Under the pieces are notes generated by a model. That model saw only the letters and a list, made by a program, of their open reading frames with translations. It searched no databases and was not told the origin of the DNA. Below are positions 61,449 to 64,000 of a stretch of DNA of 64,000 nt, one piece after another. The position numbers and the translations under genes are program-made. Where the stretch lies: assembly GCA_041649175.1 (NCBI GenBank), contig JBAZNR010000003.1, forward strand, positions 15,449 to 79,448. Direction: 5' to 3'. The DNA is from Candidatus Omnitrophota bacterium. Its GTDB lineage: Bacteria; Omnitrophota; Gorgyraeia; Zapsychrales; JBAZNR01. Every line of letters begins with the position of its first letter. Within the stretch, counting starts at the first letter, position 1.

Positions 61449-62308
61449 TGTTTAAATTCTATCTTTATAAATTGGGGCAATTCTTAGTCAATCGTTTGCC
61501 ACTTCCGGTCGCCTACTCAATAACCAGCTTCGTTTCCACGATGCAGTATTATCTGTCCATTCGTGATCGTCATGCCGTTCAGAGTAATCTCAAATGCATT
61601 GTGCCTGACGCCAAGAACATTCCCTTTTTAGCCAGGGAAGTTTTTAGAAATTTTGGAAAATATTTAGCCGACTTTTTTCGCATGGCTAAGAATATGGACA
61701 AAAAATATATTGAGAACAATGTCAAATTGGTGAATCGTCATTATATCGACGATGTTCTTAAAAAAGGCAAGGGCGGGATTATCTTAACGGCCCATATCGG
61801 CAACTGGGAATTAGGCGGAGTGGTGCTCACAACCTTGGGTTATCCTTTGGCGGCTATTGCCTTGCCGCATAAAGAGCGCCCCGTCAACGATCTGTTTAAT
61901 AATCAGCGTGAATCTAAAGGCGTTGTCATTGTTCCGACCAGCATTGCCATTCGTAAATGCCTTGAGTATTTAAAGGCGAATCGTTTGGTGGCGCTTTTGG
62001 CCGATAGAGATTTCGGATTGCACGGTGTGGCTTTGGATTTTCTCGGGAAAAAAACGATGATCCCCAAAGGGCCGGCTGTTTTTTGCCTTAAAACCGGCGC
62101 TCCCATTATTCCTGCTTTTGTTATCCGTAATCCTGATGAAACCTTTACGCTAACTTGTGAAGAGCCTATTTTTCCTCCTCCGGTTGAACATTTGGACGAA
62201 GATGCTGCGTTACTGGACATTATGAAAAAGTACACCTTGATCATTGAAAATGTCGTGCGGAAATTTCCTACACAATGGCTTATGTTCAGGGAGTTTTGGA
62301 TCAAATGA
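61448..62308 (+). CDS. Lipid A biosynthesis (Kdo2-lipid IVA) lauroyl/myristoyl acyltransferase family (LpxL/HtrB-like)
   Basis: The N-terminal hydrophobic anchor, the HX4E-type motif AHIGNWELGG and ADRDFG all match the family. Confidence 0.7.
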   Translation: MFKFYLYKLGQFLVNRLPLPVAYSITSFVSTMQYYLSIRDRHAVQSNLKCIVPDAKNIPFLAREVFRNFGKYLADFFRMAKNMDKKYIENNVKLVNRHYIDDVLKKGKGGIILTAHIGNWELGGVVLTTLGYPLAAIALPHKERPVNDLFNNQRESKGVVIVPTSIAIRKCLEYLKANRLVALLADRDFGLHGVALDFLGKKTMIPKGPAVFCLKTGAPIIPAFVIRNPDETFTLTCEEPIFPPPVEHLDEDAALLDIMKKYTLIIENVVRKFPTQWLMFREFWIK

Positions 62309-62976
62309 AAGTCTGCGTTACTATTCCCGCCTACAATGAGGCCGCGGCGATCGGGCCTTTGGTTGAAGAAATAAAAAAGAAGAATTTAAGTGTTGTTGTT
62401 ATTGATGACGGTTCAACGGATAATACCGGAGATATCGCCCGAAGGGCAGGAGCTTTTGTTCTAAGGCATGAAAATAAAAAAGGCAAAGGCGCTTCTTTGC
62501 GTGATGGATTTGCTTATGCATTAAAGGAAAATTTTGACGGTGTCTTAACGATGGACGGCGACGGACAGCATGCGCCGGAAGACATTGATTTGTTCCTTGC
62601 TAAGGCCAGCCAGCATCCGCGCAGTATTATTTTGGGCAGCCGCATGGACAACCCCAGAGGAATGCCGCTCATTCGATTTTTAACAAATAAGATCATGTCG
62701 GCGGTGATTTCAAGGATCGCCAAGCAAGATATGCCAGATACACAATGCGGATTTCGATTTATCAGTACGGCTGTTTTGCGGGAAGTCCAAGTGGCCTCGT
62801 CAGATTTTGAAGCGGAGTCAGAAATTTTAATTGAGTCAAACCGAAAAAGCTTTAAAATATACTCGGTGCCCATCAAGACCATTTATCGCAATGAGAAAAG
62901 CAAGATCAATCCCTTGATGGACACGATCCGGTTCGTGAAATATCTTTTGCGTACACTAAGATCAAAACGTACGTAA
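62275..62976 (+). CDS. Glycosyltransferase family 2 (polyprenyl-phosphate sugar transferase-like)
   Basis: VCVTIPAYNEAAAIGPLVEEI...VVVIDDGSTDNT and the DGDGQH DxD region are present. Confidence 0.8.
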   Translation: MAYVQGVLDQMKVCVTIPAYNEAAAIGPLVEEIKKKNLSVVVIDDGSTDNTGDIARRAGAFVLRHENKKGKGASLRDGFAYALKENFDGVLTMDGDGQHAPEDIDLFLAKASQHPRSIILGSRMDNPRGMPLIRFLTNKIMSAVISRIAKQDMPDTQCGFRFISTAVLREVQVASSDFEAESEILIESNRKSFKIYSVPIKTIYRNEKSKINPLMDTIRFVKYLLRTLRSKRT

Positions 62977-62995
62977 AGAATAAACAGGGCAAGTT

Positions 62996-63706
62996 ATGGC
63001 TCAGAAATTTTTCCTATTTAAAGACAGCCACAGCAGTTTAGACGATGTTATTTTCAAATATGCCTGCATCTTGTCCGTGATGGCCCACCTTGCGTTACTC
63101 GCGCAATTTTCTTACATGAACACGAATTATTTTCGTAATCCTCTTAAAAAGCTGGAAGTTACTTATTACAATGTTAAACCTGATGTCAAAGAAACGCGCG
63201 ATCAGGTAGCGAAAAAAGCGGATATCAAAGATCCCGGACAGAGAAGCGCCGAAATCACTCTGGAGAAGAAATTCCAACCGCCGCCTTTTTTAAAAGATAT
63301 TTCTAAATTAGCCGAGCGGATCATTACGGATGTTAAGCAGCCCGTTGCCATTACGCATGAACAGGTCAAGCGCAGTGTTTCCATTCCACCGGTTAAATCG
63401 GAAAAGATCAATAGCCCTGCTTATCAAAGCTATACGGGGATCATTCGAAGCATGATCGAAAAACGAGCGTACGCAAACTATACAAAATTAGATACAGGGT
63501 CGATTTATGTGGCGTTTATCGTTTTGCCGGATGGAACTTTAAAGCAGTCAAGGATCGTTGAGGAAAAAACCGATGCTAATGATTATTTGAAAACGATCTC
63601 TTTGCGTAGTGTCCAGGAGGCAACACCTTTTCCTCCGCTTCCGCAAAATCTTAATTATCCGGAATTGCCCATCGGGCTTACCATTGAATTTAAAGTGGAG
63701 AAATAA
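62996..63706 (+). CDS. TonB C-terminal-domain-like periplasmic protein
   Basis: An N-terminal TM helix and a Pro-containing linker are followed by a C-terminal region resembling TonB_C (GSIYVAFIVLPDGTLKQSRIVEEK...PFPPLP...LTIEFKV). Confidence 0.45.
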   Translation: MAQKFFLFKDSHSSLDDVIFKYACILSVMAHLALLAQFSYMNTNYFRNPLKKLEVTYYNVKPDVKETRDQVAKKADIKDPGQRSAEITLEKKFQPPPFLKDISKLAERIITDVKQPVAITHEQVKRSVSIPPVKSEKINSPAYQSYTGIIRSMIEKRAYANYTKLDTGSIYVAFIVLPDGTLKQSRIVEEKTDANDYLKTISLRSVQEATPFPPLPQNLNYPELPIGLTIEFKVEK

Positions 63707-64000
63707 ATGGAACTTCAACATAGCGAAAGTTTCTATATTCGGACATTGCTCAATAAAGTTAAGATCAAAGAGGTCATGGCGACTAAACTCATCACGCTTT
63801 TTGTTGACGACCCCTTTAGCCTGGTTGAAGAAAAACTTCGCAGATTTCATATCCGCCATTTGCCGGTTGTTGATAAGGCGGGAAAACTGGTGGGCATTGT
63901 AACGCAGCGCGATCTTTACCGGGTCCAATCACCGCGTAAAGATGAAGAGGGCAACTGGTATTACGATAAAGAATCTCTGGATAGTTTTATTTTAAAACAT
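63707..64000 (+). CDS. CBS-domain protein, 3' end truncated by the window edge
   Basis: The translation MELQHSESFYIRTLLNKVKIKEVMATKLITLFVDDPFSLVEEKLRRFHIRHLPVVDKAGKLVGIVTQRDLY is a CBS pair motif. The ORF has no stop before the end of the window. Confidence 0.5.
   Translation, partial: MELQHSESFYIRTLLNKVKIKEVMATKLITLFVDDPFSLVEEKLRRFHIRHLPVVDKAGKLVGIVTQRDLYRVQSPRKDEEGNWYYDKESLDSFILKH

Overview
This 64 kb window looks like one bacterial chromosomal segment in which every supportable gene lies on the + strand. Three things suggest a PVC-superphylum (Omnitrophota-like) origin, as a weak inference only: GC near 42%, many type IV pilus genes, and no L30 gene between rpsE and rplO. Three blocks are visible. 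(1) 1-15215 is a type IV filament locus. It starts with the tail of a GspF/PilC platform gene and a pseudopilin, followed by a pilN-pilO-pilP-pilQ set. That set runs in the unusual order N-O-P-Q, then a secreted coiled-coil/TPR protein, then pilM. Next comes a roughly 500 nt structured leader in front of the major pilin pilA, then three minor pilins including a 567-aa PilX-like protein, and a second, canonical pilM-N-O-P-Q set. The leader carries a sigma70 promoter followed by a strong match to the c-di-GMP-I (GEMM) riboswitch core. (2) 15237-25798 is housekeeping: rng, rplU, obg, proB, proA, nadD, a PGM/PMM, plsC, rpsA and tyrS. (3) 25866-55942 is a nearly gap-free ribosomal/RNAP superoperon. 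It runs tRNA-Thr, rpmG, tRNA-Trp, secE, nusG, rplKAJL, rpoBC, rpsLG, fusA, tuf, then the S10, spc and alpha operons through rplQ. This is followed by an aminotransferase, an orphan pilT, an IDH-family dehydrogenase, lipB with an adjacent stand-alone lipoyl-domain gene, and an envelope glycolipid module (GT28, LpxL-like acyltransferase, GT2, TonB-like, CBS). I saw no CRISPR arrays, transposases or integrases. The most interesting parts are the candidate c-di-GMP riboswitch in the pilA leader and the duplicated pilMNOPQ sets with the coiled-coil/TPR insert.
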